64,000 nucleotides of DNA, taken from the NCBI RefSeq assembly GCF_000150275.1, contig NW_002060953.1:352286-416285 (forward strand). Direction: 5' to 3'. Shown here piece after piece: positions 11,332-25,900 of this stretch; position 1 is the first letter of the stretch, and every line of letters begins with the position of its first letter. The notes below the pieces were generated by a model. The model saw only the letters and a program-made list of their open reading frames with translations. It searched no databases and had not been told where the DNA came from. This stretch comes from Trichoplax adhaerens. Taxonomy: Eukaryota; Animalia; Placozoa. The position numbers were made by a program, and so were the translations under genes.

Positions 11332-12776
11332 TTGAGGTCTTTTACCGCTATGATTTTGCATCCTATGCCAACCCAAACTACCAGACTATAATCTACTTTT
11401 TGAAAAATTTATTCTATTTATTACAGCGCTTTCCAAATTAGTATACATGTCATATGAATATGGTAAATAACTCAAAAGCTATCAACTATAATGTACAGGC
11501 GATTTATTAATGCCATGATATCTGACATCTCTCTTGAAATCATTTCTGATTTCGATTCTACGCGTACAGACATTACAATACTTTTAGGATGGTGAATTAC
11601 AGACTTAACTTAATACCAAATACATGATTTATCCTTGCAAGTTTCTGGTAACGTCATGACTTTACTAAGCAAGTTTCCTATAGCTCTACATCTCTATCCT
11701 CTATTGCTCATTATTCTACAAGCTATCCCACAAGTGATCCTATTTGCTAATACTTGTTGGATACATACAGGCAGAATTATAACGTATACACGTATTTTAA
11801 AAATGAATTGAAATATCCATTTTCTCTCTATGAAGTTCTTATTACACTTAAGAGTCTGCACTCATTAATACATGAAATAATTATGAAATGATATACAATT
11901 CCAATATTGATGGCAACTGGATCAGCTGATCTTTGTTACAAGAAATAAAACCGATTTAGCGTAAGATATCTTCAGAAATATGATAAACTATGATTAGGTT
12001 AAGTCATCCACTCATAGGTATGAAGAAAGTAACCGTGTCGCAAATGATGTGATGTACTATTTTCACTATATCTTAAACTAATAACGTTTGTACACTACTT
12101 ATATATAGGGTATGGGTACATATGGGCAGTTTTTTGTCTTTAGAGCAAAAGTTGATCATGTCATTCAGTTTATAAATATCTTTTCAATAAACGATTTATT
12201 TTATTATTGAATGCATCGTAACAACATTGCTATTCAATTACAAATTAGGTAGCGTCTGTACAGTATAGCATATACGAGTAGGAAATATTGAAATAAGGTT
12301 GATTGCTATTTATAACTCTGTATTTCTTCACGCAGATCGCATGCATTGTAGCACTGCATGTGATATATTTGCAATGCAATCAAACTATTTCTACTCAATA
12401 CATACGTGCATACTATTAATAGCAGCAAGTATGGTAGCGTTAATGCTTCTACATTAGTCAATGCTGTGTAGCTTGGACTTTTTCACCTACAAACGATTGC
12501 TGTCTATTTTTAACTGGTAATTCATTTTTTTCCGGTGGATGTCAAAGTTTTGACCGTCCGTTCGTTAGTACCAATGACGATTTGTAAATTGATTATGATG
12601 TCTAAAGTGAATATCGACAGTCTACTTGCAAGTTTTTATGCCATCTTACAGTCTAAGCCTGGCTAGCTCGTGTTCTGTCAGAATTAGTTGTATGTTCGTC
12701 AATGATGAGCAATCGCAAACGGTGGAAAAGCTCTCCCATTTTTAGGAATAGATATGCGTAGTAAGTCGAATCCTAC

Positions 12777-12792
12777 AGTATGACGTCATACT
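12777..12792. promoter_or_regulatory. 16-bp palindrome containing a full CRE (TGACGTCA), upstream of DIS3L2
   Basis: AGTATGACGTCATACT. Confidence 0.4.
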
Positions 12793-13116
12793 ATATTATG
12801 CTTACTAGGCAAAAAAATGAGCTTTGCTGTAACTAGTTTGCAAGATTTATACCTGTACAGTTTGAGCCAAGTCGAGTTAGCTATTGGCAATCAGCAGTGC
12901 AAGCAAAGCAGACTATTTTGTATCCACGATATAAGTACATACTCGTAATATTGCATATTTACTGGGGACGATGATGAGTAATCGCCAAATGGTAGAAAAT
13001 GCTTTTAGGTTTTTCGAGGCAGATACCATACTATAAATAGACATGTGTAGTTTGTAAAGTATGATGCAATATTGCGTTTACTCCTGTTTTCAGCCCACTC
13101 TTTTACTACCATTGAC

Positions 13117-14773
13117 GTCGATGTTGCAAACTTGGACGCTTCTTTATAATTCTAATCTGAGCTAAGCTAAGCTAGTTAGTGGCAAGGACAACTATATCTA
13201 TGTCGATGTTACAAACTCGTACGCTTCTTTATAATTCTAATCAGAGCTAAGCTAAGCTAGTTAGTGGCAAGGACAACTATCTGATGTCGATGTTGCAAAC
13301 TCGTGCGCTTCTTTATAATTCTAATCAGAGCTAAGCTAAGCAAGTTAGTGGCGAGGACAACTATATCGATGTCGATGTTGCAAACTTGTAGCCTTCTTTA
13401 TAATTCTAATCTGAGCTAAGCTAAGCTAGTTAGTGGCAAGGACAACTATATCTATGTCGATGTTACAAACTCGTACGCTTCTTTATAATTCTAATATGAG
13501 CTAAGGTAAGCTAGTTAGTGGCAAGGACAACTATATCGATGTCGATGTTGCAAACTTGTAGCCTTCTTTATAAGTCTAATCTGAGCTAAGCTAAGCTAGT
13601 TAGTGGCAAGGACAACTATCTATGTCGATGTTACAAACTCGTACGCTTCTTTATAAGTCTAATCTGAGCTAAGCTAAGCTAGTTAGTGGCAAGGACAACT
13701 ATCTATGTCGATGTTACAAACTCGTACGCTTCTTTATAATTCTAATCAGAGCTAAGCTAAGCTAGTTAGTGGCAAGGACAACTATATCGATGTCGATGTT
13801 GCAAACTTGTAGCCTTCTTTATAATTCTAATATGAGCTAAGCTAGTTAGTGGCAAGGACAACTATATCTATGTCGATGTTGCAAACTTGTAGCCTTCTTT
13901 ATAATTCTAAGCTAAGCTAGTTAGTGGCAAGGACAACTATATCTATGTCGATGTTGCAAACTTGTAGCCTTCTTTATAATTCTAATCTGAGCTAAGCTAA
14001 GCTAGTTAGTGGCAAGGACAACTATATCTATGTCGATGTTGCAAACTTGTAGCCTTCTTTATAATTCTAATCTGAGCTAAGCTAAGCTAGTTAGTGGCAA
14101 GGACAACTATATCGATGTCGATGTTGCAGACTTGTAGCCTTCTTTATAAGTCTAATCTGAGCTAAGCTAAGCTAGTTAGTGGCAAGGACAACTATCTATG
14201 TCGATGTTACAAACTCGTGCGCTTCTTTATAATTCTAATCAGAGCTAAGCTAGTTAGTGGCAAGGACAACTATATCGATATCGATATTGCAGACTTGTAG
14301 CCTTCTTTATAATTCTAATCTGAGCTAAGCTAAGCTAGTTAGTGGCAAGGACAACTATATCTATGTCGATGTTGCAGACTTGTAGCCTTCTTTATAATTC
14401 TAATCAGAGCTAAGCTAAGCTAGTTAGTGGCAAGGACAACTATATCTATGTCGATGTTGCAAACTTGTAGCCTTCTTTATAATTCTAATCTGAGCTAAGC
14501 TAGTTAGTGGCAAGGACAACTATATCTATGTCGATGTTGCAAACTTGTAGCCTTCTTTATAATTCTAATCTGAGCTAAGCTAAGCTAGTTAGTGGCAAGG
14601 ACAACTAAGCCGATGTTGCAAACTTGTAGCCTTCTTTATAATTCTAATCTGAGCTAAGCTAAGCTAGTTAGTGGCAAGGACAACTAAGCCGATGTTGCAA
14701 ACTTGTAGCCTTCTTTATAATTCTAACCTGAGCTAAGCTAGGCTAGTTGGTGGCAAAGACAGCTATATCTATG
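13117..14773. repeat. Tandem array, ~85-bp unit, ~20 copies, with a nested (GCTAA)n microsatellite
   Basis: GTCGATGTTGCAAACTTGTAGCCTTCTTTATAATTCTAATCTGAGCTAAGCTAAGCTAGTTAGTGGCAAGGACAACTATATCTAT at 13117, 13202, 13286, 13371 and onward. Confidence 0.98.
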
Positions 14774-15452
14774 TAACAAAGCTGACTATATCTTATTCTA
14801 CTGCTACAACTCACAATAAAGTTAGACAAAATCAATTTGAGATCAAATTCCGCTCACTAATAGTTTACAAAGATTGAAGGTTGGTGTAAACTAGTGTAAA
14901 ATAAGCTAGAACAATTTTTCTAGTCAATCAATGTCTTCCTTCTCTACTCGCAGGCTCGATGTTCTACATCAACCTTGGTTTGATAATTTCCCCTGGTACA
15001 GTAGGTCAACTCCTACATAGATCATCCATCTAAACTTAGCCATGATTCACCTTGACTGCAAGCAGTGATAGCATAGTACAACATGGACTCATACTCTCTC
15101 TTTGAAGAGATTTAATTTCAAGCTTAGCTACGCGTTGCCATCGAGATTTGGCAATCGATGAGACCTTTGCCTTGCCAGTTCACTTTATACTGGCGCACTC
15201 TACTACCCCAAACAGGACTATAGCGTTAAGAAGATATCGCATTCAGTAGCGCTCGATTATAGAGTTTACTGCATGTTGTAACAATTCTGTAAAGTGTATC
15301 AATAACAATAATGCTTCGTCAGCAATCTCCCTCAGGCTACCCAACCACATATAAACGCTAGTATCGTTCTGAGTCAGACTCCTATCAGCCATTTTACTTC
15401 AGGAAGAACCTCCATCAGATTGGCAATAGCTCACTGTCCAAGAGAAATAAGC

Positions 15453-18400
15453 ATGGCTTCAGGAGAGAATCCAAGCAAGAATCATGACCACCGTGATAGC
15501 CATAAGGTAGGACAAGATGATACAGAAGAACTTTCCTTCTTTCTCAGTTTATAGCCAATGCTAAAAGGTAGTCCAATCGAGGCAAGAGTTCTATATGGAT
15601 GTGATGAAGATGCGAGGCCGATGGTCAATCAAGCAATGTTGCTAATGTGTAGTTGGTCGACTTGTATTTTCTACATTAGACAGTCTATTAGATCTATTAT
15701 ACATTCATGGAGTCTGGGTATTAAATTATTGCTGGATAGGAATCCTTTCAAATGGATTAGATACGCATTTTACTATAGGATAGATGCTCTAAAGTAAACC
15801 ATAAATAGACCGAAAACAACATCTAGAAATAGTGACACAAATAAATCAATTTCTATTTGCGAGAAGCAACTTGCAAGCGATGGATTACTACCCTATCTGG
15901 GCCTGCAGCAATGACAACATTCACGTGTATATAGAGGCTGCAATAGGCTATTTAGCGTCCTTTCCCAAGCATCAGATACTATCTTCGATTCTATCATTAT
16001 AACAAATGCCTTTTCTTGCTTTTAAGACCTACAGTATATACAAGGTATACAGTATTTAATAACACGGTCAGAAGTAAACAGATATGCCAGGCAATACTCT
16101 GTTTGATGAACAAAGTTGATAGAAGCCCTACTGCATTTAGCAATGCCGACCAGAATAATAGTATCAATCTTAAATGTCAGAAGCAAACAGATATGCCAGA
16201 CAATAACCTATTTCATGAACAAAGTTGATAATGCCCCTGGTCGGCATTTAGCAATGCCGACCGAAGGATAATATCAATCTTAAATGACTACCTTACCACA
16301 AGTAAAATAGCGCAACTTATATTGAAATTGCAATATCAATACTGCTCTTAGTTGCTTTACTTATTTTTATACTTCAAAATGACATTAAATACCTAATTTA
16401 AAATATCCACTTTGGTAGAAGATGAATATGGAGGAAAAATAGTTGTTTTATCTTGATGGTTCCATTTGAATTAATAATTACTGATATGTTTGAATTCAAT
16501 TTGTAATGGACAGTAAGCTAACTACAGTATTATCACTAATTATAAAATATACTTACAGGTCTTTGAAGAATATTGGCCAAAAGAAGCCGTAAAGAAAGGA
16601 ATCAAGAAAGGAGATTTAGTAAAAGTAAAACACGATTGTCAATACAAACTAGCAATTACCAGTGTGTTATAGCATCAGAATTCTATGCAATCATACTAAT
16701 TAAACTTTCAATATGCATTTATATCGTGCTAGGGCCCTATTAGGATCAATCTTAAAAATTACAAGGAAGCTTTCGTGCAAAGAGAGGTAGAAATGATCAT
16801 CGTTAGAATAAATTATTCCCCCATTGAATTTGTTGTTAACATGCTGGATGTTGCTCCTTCATAGAGTGCGCTAAATATTATTCAGACATTCAGTAAAACT
16901 GTTGTATTGCACGTGGTATAGTGTAAACTGCGATATAGCATTACAGTAGAATACACTAATTTGATATTCTATTATAACAGATATAGGACAACCTATCTGT
17001 TTCTCTACCGACATATCAATATTGTAGGCTACTGTCATGGTCGTATAATTGTTGTTATTGCTAATACGTATATTAATGGATGCACTGCCATTGCAGAAGT
17101 AAAGTACTACCGTACGGTACTTGATCCATTCCACTATTAATACTCGTATAGCACTTGTAAAGATAAATTTGGTAAATAACGTCTATAAAATGATATCAAG
17201 TTATAAAATACTATCAGACGATATACCAAATTAATGGAAGTACTTTGTAATCTCCTTCATTTGTAATTATTCTTGAATTTCTCCTTAACCAATAATGTAA
17301 AGTCTGTAATTTTAACCATGATCAACAATATCGGCCTTCCAATTTTAGGGAGAAAAAGACATATTCATTGATGGATTTGCTGCCAGAAATAGGGCTTTAG
17401 AAGGTGACATTGTGGTAGTACAAATTAATCCTAAATCTGAATGGAAGGTAAAAACTACATCATTGTATCAATTATGAATTTAGTTTGCTCATGCTATTTT
17501 AAAACGGATTGATGAGGATATTTGAAGCAGAAGAAATGGGTCGCCTTTTCAATGTCTTCAATCTTTTTTAACAGACAGTTGACAACTTTGAATTTCCGAT
17601 AAGCGATGTTGAATATTTAAGCCAGCCTATGGAAGATGACCATGATGCTTCTGCGTTATCTGCTCAATTGCAAAATAAATTAGCTCTAGTTAAGAATGAC
17701 TCTGAACCAACTATCAAAAATGATCAACCATTGCAAATGACTGGCAAAGTACGCATAAATGAATCAAATTGTTATCTCAAGACAAAGAATAGCACTAAAT
17801 GGATAAAAGCTTAACTTATTATTTGTACATTATACTGATCCATGACTAGTAATATGAATACTTTCTAGCATTATCGTAACCCTTGATAAATAATGATTTA
17901 GGTGATATACATCAAAGAAAAAAAGCGTTCACGGAAAACCTGTGGCCTTCTACGGAAAGAAAAAAAGGTAAATTGCAATTATGACTGGCCATATTTAGTT
18001 ATGCAGTAATTCTGCACTACTTCATTATTATGATCGGTATCTAACTTTAAATTCCTAACTAAATCAATTGCTAGTTATGTGCTAAATGATTGTCACAAAG
18101 TAGCTCTATGAACTATTCCCAAACCAATTCACTTTGGAAGGCTTTCCAACTAACTTAGGAAATTTACAGTATGGAAAACGAACTTATTCCTTGACTTCAG
18201 GGAATAGTCCAACTAATGCTAGTGGTTAATTGCTTTTATTTTACTAGTCTTAATAGTCCTAAATGATACTACTGTACGCTATATAACTCACAGGGAATTC
18301 AGCTTATTAATTAGCTGGTTCTTCTTATATAGTGCATGATCAGATCCCTAGTGCAAAAACATCTTTCATAGATTATTTAATTTATATACTTCAGTATAGG

Positions 18401-21400
18401 AAATATATTGCAATATTTGGTATAACAAAATAATAATCAAATGTTGCAAGGTAAACTTATTAGGTTATTATTTAGCACTTCATTAATTAGCACATAAACT
18501 TCGCAGTTCAGTAATTAGTATCAAACAACAATTGCCGCTTTACATATATTAGAGTAATCGTAATCGATTAACAACTACCATTTGTTATCTGGCTCCGATC
18601 AGCACATCAATCTATAACGAAGTATTGTTTTTCTTTATAATAAAAGTATTTTATCAAATATATGGAGCGAGCTCCGTAATAATGATGTAATCACAACTTT
18701 TTCTCCTACAGCCTAACGGACACGCTCTATTTATACCACGCGACCATCGCATACCGCGTATTAGAGTGCCCTTAACTCAATGCCCAAAAGGTAAATCTAG
18801 ACAGATACGACATGATAACTTATTATTACTGCTATAATCAACCTTATTATCGATGATTTAGATTTTCAGAAGTCATCAGAGGAACCCTATCCAGATTTAT
18901 TTTTTGTGGAAATTGTTGAATGGAAAGCAACAACTCATTTTGCTTTGGGGTACAACCTATCTGTATTACTATCTTATTAAATATCCATCATTAATGTTGA
19001 ACCATTGTTACAGAAAAGTGCTAAGACGATTTGGGCGAGAAGGTGAAATAGACTCTGAAACGCAGGCTATCCTAGCAGAATATCAAGTAGATACATCTCC
19101 ATTTTCGGATCAAGTAAGCAATTAAGAATTTACCGTATTGTCTATTCGACATCGCTGTTACACCATCAAGCTATGTCTAATTATAGTCACTGCTTATTCT
19201 ATCTCTCTAGATTTTAAAAGATTTGCCCTCTGATTGGCAAATATCGAAGGTATATAGATTTCCTACAGTCGATAAGTGAAAGCTTACTTTGCTTTGATCA
19301 ATCCGAAACTGATATTACTGTTGTCATAAATCTTGCATTTAGAAACAATTAAAATGCCGCAAGGACTTACGCTCATCATGTATATTCACCATTGATCCAG
19401 CAACAGCTAAAGATCTTGATGATGCTCTATCATGCGAGCCGTTAGAGAATGGTATTATATACGTAGTTTATGATTATTATATTATACAGTACAGAAAGTA
19501 ATCACTATGTTTTTGACAATGTGTAGGTAACTTTGAAGTGGGCGTGCATATTGCTGATGTCAGTTACTTTGTTCGAGAAAATACCCCAGTTGATACGTTA
19601 GCAAGCAAAAGAACACTGACGTTTTACTTAGTTCAAAAGGTTACTTCTTATACTACTATGAGTATATACTCATTTTAAATTTTGAACATACTGATTTAAA
19701 GCAGGTAAACATTAGTCTAATGCTTTTTTTTACAATCTACATTTTATGTTTTAGGCCATAACTATGCTACCTCCAGCACTATGTGAAAATTACTGCAGTC
19801 TTAATCCGGGCGAAGTAAATATATTCGTCTATCATTTCATTTTGGCATAATTCAATACTTGGATTGACCCAACGTTTAACATTGATTTTTCTAAATATAG
19901 ATAGATTCCTAATAATAGAATAATTAGCTTAAAGTAAATCGGCACGTTACTATACACAATATTAATGATAATATGTGTTTGTTTCTTGCTCTAAAGGACC
20001 GTTTAACATTTTCCGTAGTTTGGGAATTAACGCCGAACGGAAAGGTACTTACAAAACTTTATAGTTATGAGAATTACGCAAGTCAAACTGTAGCATCTAC
20101 TTTTGCTATACTATCGATATTACACTGCATTTTTGAAGCTAAAAATCTCATCAAAATTTTCATCAACTGTGGTGTATAGATAGTAAAGGAATGGTTTGGG
20201 AAGTCAGTTATACATTCATGTTGTAAAATGAACTACGACCACGCACAGGTAGAAATTTTAAATTAGATTGTTAGACATTTCTATTTACGCCTCATATTAT
20301 TCTTCGCTATTCTAAGAGTGTTCTGGATAATCCATCAAAAACCTGGACATCACAAGACTTTCCTCAAATATATGGTGAAATTGCTTATTCTATCAGATTT
20401 TACTTCATTATACATCAAGTGTAGTGATGTCTTGATTCTATATCATAGCCTCTGTAACGAGCGACGAGTAAAACTAATAAGTATAAGTAAGCATTAAAAG
20501 TATTTCCTCATTTTCAATAATTAGGTGACCATACAGTATCAAAAATTGTCAGTGTCATATTAAATCTAAACAAGGTAAACTAAAAACAAAAGTATTATTT
20601 CTTTCACTATACACTCAAAGTTTCTTGCTACTATTTCACAAGCTAATCTGTAAGTCCTCTTTTGAAGATTGCTCAAGAATTACTGAAAGGAAGGTTATCA
20701 TCCGGAGCCATAGAATTGAACCAGGTATTTCATAATTCCGATAAAAACTAAAGTGATATTATAAATTGAATGGATGTCTTCTACATCTTGGTCTATTACG
20801 AGGCCTTCAATAGTAATGTAAACCCTAACAAACGTATGTAATTTAGCCAAAACAATGGTTCTCGCTTGACAGCGATTCTGGCTATCCAACGAGCTGTAAA
20901 ACATATGAAATGAAAGAAAGTAATGGGTATTGAATACTTTCTAATATGATCAGTATTAGTTGAAAAACTTTTATCAATATTTGACGACTTTATAAAATGT
21001 TGCTATGTAAATGTTCTTTCAGATTGGTAAAAGAATTTATGCTTTTAGCTAACATCTCAGTAGCTAAAAAAATCCTTACAGGTTTTACTAGCACAGCTTT
21101 CCTCCGTCGACAGCCATCGCCATGCGCTCAAATGATATCGAAAGTGGTTAGTAAGATACCCTACAAAATCGAAACAACGATATTAAAATTTAATCTAAAT
21201 TTTATATGTACTATTTTTGCAGACTAATTACTGCAAGAACTTTGATATTCACTGTGATGGCGACAACTATCGTAGTCTTCAGGTTAAATATTTGGAAATT
21301 TTTATTGACTTAAAACCGTTACTGATGTCAATAATTGTAAAATTATAATGCAGGCTTCTTTATTAGCGATCGGAACGAACGATAAAGACGGTATTCACAC

Positions 21401-22513
21401 TCAGGCTGTGAGTCATATATTCTTAAGGGCTATGACGGTAAGCCTATACTACGGTACATGAGGAAATATATCGTACACTAAATAAATGACTTTAACACTT
21501 TCAAATTCGTATGATTTACAGAGAGCGGAATATTTCTGTAGTGGAACATTTGAATCTCATGATAGCTTCAAGCATTATTGTCTAAATATTCCGTTATATA
21601 CACATTTTACGTCACCAATTCGACGTTACCCAGATATTATCGTCCATCGACAATTATTTAACTTATTAGGTAAACTTCTACTACTATGTTAATTTAAATA
21701 AAGCGGTGAATAAACTTTTAGTATTCAAATTCCACCTCACTAGATAATGCTATAATGATATAATCACTACCTTTTAGAAGGGAAATCACAAGATAATTCT
21801 ATGATCACGAATACAGCAAAACTAGAATCTATAGCAAAAGTTTGCAACGAACGAAAGCTAGCTCAGTTTAATGTTGGCAAAAAGAGCTCCGAATTGTTTT
21901 TCTCCTTTTTTGTCAGAAGTTGCGAACCTCTACATGAAGATGCAATAGCTATATCTTTATTAGATAGTTCTTTTGATGTTTTATTAGTTAAATATGGCTT
22001 AGTTAAAAGAGTTTATTGCAACGTAAGTAAAAGTGATTCGATTTTGATATTTGTAAATGTTCATTGATTAAATCATATTTAGGATTGCTGCTATTTGTAA
22101 ATGACCTAACTTAGGTATCATTTCATGCTTTCAGAACGTTCACCTGGAAAGCTGGAAGCTGACTCGAGTACGTAAAAAAGCTAAACTAATTCTATATTGG
22201 AAAACAACATCAACTAGCAAAGGATTTCCGCAGGTTTCAACCGTATTATTCAAAATAAATAATGCACAAGCATTTCCTTCAGTCTTAACAAAACTTGACC
22301 GTCTATTACATTTCAGGAAATTTCTCTATTCTCGAAATTAAACGTTATCGTTGAAAGTGATCGTCAACAAACACTCGGATTCATGGTAACACACGTTTAT
22401 TCATTTGAGTAGTAACTGCTGAGCGAATAATTATATCACTAGTAACGTTACTCCTGATGTATTTCCCCCTTTGCATTTAGGTCCATTTACAGCATCCTAA
22501 AGTTACTGCGTAA
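15453..22513 (+). CDS. DIS3L2: DIS3-like exonuclease 2 (RNase II/R family), more than 25 exons
   Basis: Spliced exons read [64 protein letters not shown] (catalytic Asp motif), [41 protein letters not shown]. No PIN domain. Stop at 22511-22513. The first exon (15453-15506) is inferred from an ATG plus donor. Confidence 0.93.
16072..16290. repeat. Diverged ~115-bp tandem duplication in DIS3L2 intron 1
   Basis: AAACAGATATGCCAG...ATGAACAAAGTTGATA...GCATTTAGCAATGCCGACC...ATCAATCTTAAATG occurs twice. Confidence 0.8.
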
Positions 22514-22957
22514 GCATAAAACAAAATCGAACATTCATATATTTAAATGAAAGCAGATATGAAATAAATAAACTCCAACTCAACAACATTGGCTTATCAA
22601 GGACGTATTGCATACATTCTACAACAAGATTAAATAGTAATCCTATGAATACGTAATTCCGGATTTATCCTACAATCGGTCTCGTTGCAGTCACACCAGC
22701 ATAAACATTTCTTGTAAATCATTTCATCCAAACGTTATATTTCCAAAATGTTGTTATGTTTATTTAGTTTAATAACATTACATTTTATTGCAATGAAATA
22801 AACTATAGGTGACTAATGTACAAATAAAAATAGCTATCTATGATCCATACGATAAGAACTTCCCGATGAAGTTGATAATTTTATTGCCACTTCTGCATCT
22901 CGTTTTAATGTCTGTCTTCTCATTCGGTGTACTAATTAAAAAAGTCTATTAAACTTC

Positions 22958-25900
22958 TTATCGATTTCTTCGGACTTCAACACCCAACTGTAATTCGACA
23001 GCCGATCTTACGCGGTCCTATTTAGCAAGAGAAATATCACATAGAGTAAAGCCAAATTTACAATAATAAGTATTATCCACTTTCCAATATTTTCTAGAAT
23101 TTTAATACTTGACTCCTAAATATCAGTATCGTAATAGCGCTCAAACCTGTATTACATTCATTTCTTCATTCGTAAGCGTCCTTCAATAGCAAAGAAAAAA
23201 TAAGTATTCTACAAGTAGTTGAAAGATTCGATATTTCTTCAAAATACAGAAATTAATCGTACTGTACCTATCCATAGATCGATATGTTAATCTATAGCAA
23301 TGACTTTGTCGTCCGGTCTTAGCATCAGTATAATCATCAACCTACAATACGATTGAAAACAGCTCTGGTTATTTCATACGACTAAAAAATTGATGAAGTT
23401 TTAGTGTTAATTTTAACAAAATAGCTTCCATTACTCACTAATGAAACTTGTTCTACCAAATCACCTCCGACGCTTCTCACTACGTCACAGAAACTGAATA
23501 AAATTACATCAAATTAAACTTTACAATTAATACACCATTAGTTGCATTACGTATGACAGAATATGACATACTTATTTAAAGAAAATGCTGGTGATAGCCA
23601 AAACGAAATATCATTGTATAGAGGTGGATGTATGCTAAAAGGCTACAATAAGAAAAATAACAGTGTTAATCCAGCAAGTTATTGTTAAATCGATCTCGAG
23701 TTGAATCAATTAGAACAGGGCTAACATCACGCTATCTGACCTTAAACTTGACATTGCTAATGACATCATCCACTTTAAACTGCGATAAAAAACGCTCGTC
23801 TTTGCTACGATAAGTCAGCAATAATACGTCATGAAATATATAATCACCCAAAATCAAAACATAAGTAAAAATTAGCATTATAGCAGTACCTCCAAAATAA
23901 TCTGATATCTGGAATATCAAATAGAATCATTGCTATCCTTTCGATTCCAATTCCAAATGCCCAACCTATCCATTACGAGCAAATTTATAATATCGCTAAT
24001 CATAGTACGGTAGAAATTAATTGTATAATATCATGACGAATACTTTAAAATATTAATGAATAACGTTAAGCAGAAGTCAAGTACCAATTTTGTTAGAAGC
24101 TCCTATAAATAAGTAAGTAAACACGTAGTAAATTAGTCTATATCAATGAAATCATATAATACTGCTTTATATCCTATCTTGCCTCCTTTTACTAAAGTGT
24201 TGTGGCTCATTATGCCGCAGCCTAAAACTTCCAACCAATCGCCTTGAAATTTAATTTCCATCTCCCATGATGGATGTGTGAATGGAAAATACTGAAAGAT
24301 TTTATACAATAAATATTTCTATTAAGAACGATATACTGTAAGATATAATAATATCAAAAATTCGTTAATTTCTGAAACCCTTTACCAAATGGTTAGATTA
24401 CAGTAGCGAAGGCATACAACCACAACAATAAAACATGTATTATATATGGTAGCAAAGCAATAATCTTACCGCATCAACAAATCTAGTTTCTATATTACCA
24501 AACAGGTTATTCATAATTCCTGTGTAATAAATAGATACTTTGACTTAGCAGGCAAACAGCTATATGCCTTAAAATTGAAAATTATGCTTAAGTGCCGGCA
24601 GTCATACCCATTAAAATTTCTTTTAAATCATTCTCTACAAATTTTACAGCTTCTATAAATCCAATAATATAAGTCTCAGTTTAATAACAAAATACACCAT
24701 AATTTTAAAGCAAAGATAATGCTTAGAAAAGTAACAACTCTATACGCACCCAAGCTATGCACAGCCTGTTTCTCTTCAGTTTCTTGCATGGAATTATCGA
24801 AAATGTCTAGATTTTTATCTTTAGTAAAAATCTAAGTATACGAATAGTTAATAAAAGGCACATTATCGAATGATATACAAGCGTGCATTTAGGAATACTT
24901 GTACGATACTTACATCTTGTTTATCAAATAATCGAACTCCTTCCATTTGATGAAACACAGGGTAATGTTTTGCATCAATCTCATCTGCAGGTATAATAAG
25001 TTATTAGCCAGTGACACTAACTTCAACTTATTAATTAATATTCATAATCCTACAGTATTAATAGCTGACCTCTCCTATAGCAATCTCCAGTACACAAGAA
25101 AGCGTCTAATCCGGCACGTACAAGATCACGCTATTAAACCATTGTTTAAAACGTTACGGAAGGGCACAAATTTTATTTCTAAGCATTCTAAAACCTATCC
25201 TAAATATGATGCTATCGCACAGATTTCCTATCCAGTCACATCTTGCGTGACGTATTATAAACCTACCTCATGAGCGGAAGTATGAGCTCGAAGCAAATAG
25301 TCTGAATTAATCTAGAAATGATTCAAAATTGCAGGAAGACTGTTTAACATTTTATGCACGATTTTATAGATTGTACAAAAATCGTGTAATAGCAAAATCT
25401 AACACACAGTCAACAGGATTGTATGATGTAAAACCAATCTTACATAATAATTGTCATTCTTAGCTCGTGAAACATGATCCTGAGGCACGCTTAAACTATC
25501 GAAATTTTGTTCAACAGAGACCACTGAAAGAAAAAATTATACAATCGACAATGTAATACTTAATCGATAGTCTATGATGGAGCAAAAAGTAACCATATCA
25601 ACTTAGGTTATTCATATTTGATCAACTTACCTGGACTTAAGTTATCAATACATGTAAATAAAGGAGACCCAGTTCTTTTTCTGTATATTGCATGAACATA
25701 TTGCTCGATATGATCCTAAATAATAAAGAAAGGAACTGTCGCAGTTACTTAATAAGTCCATGACGAGCAAATATTTTTTTACCACAGTACAGTCTTCTTT
25801 CGTAGTTAGTTACATTAGAATAATATGACTAAGCTATGCAATAATTTATCTGTAGAAGGTTAGTTTTCCTTATGTATTAACTGAAGCAGATGAGATTCAG

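Noticed and set aside
9284-14773. CRISPR-like appearance of the 120-bp and 85-bp arrays
   Set aside because: Whole units repeat with no unique spacers, there are no cas genes, and the context is eukaryotic
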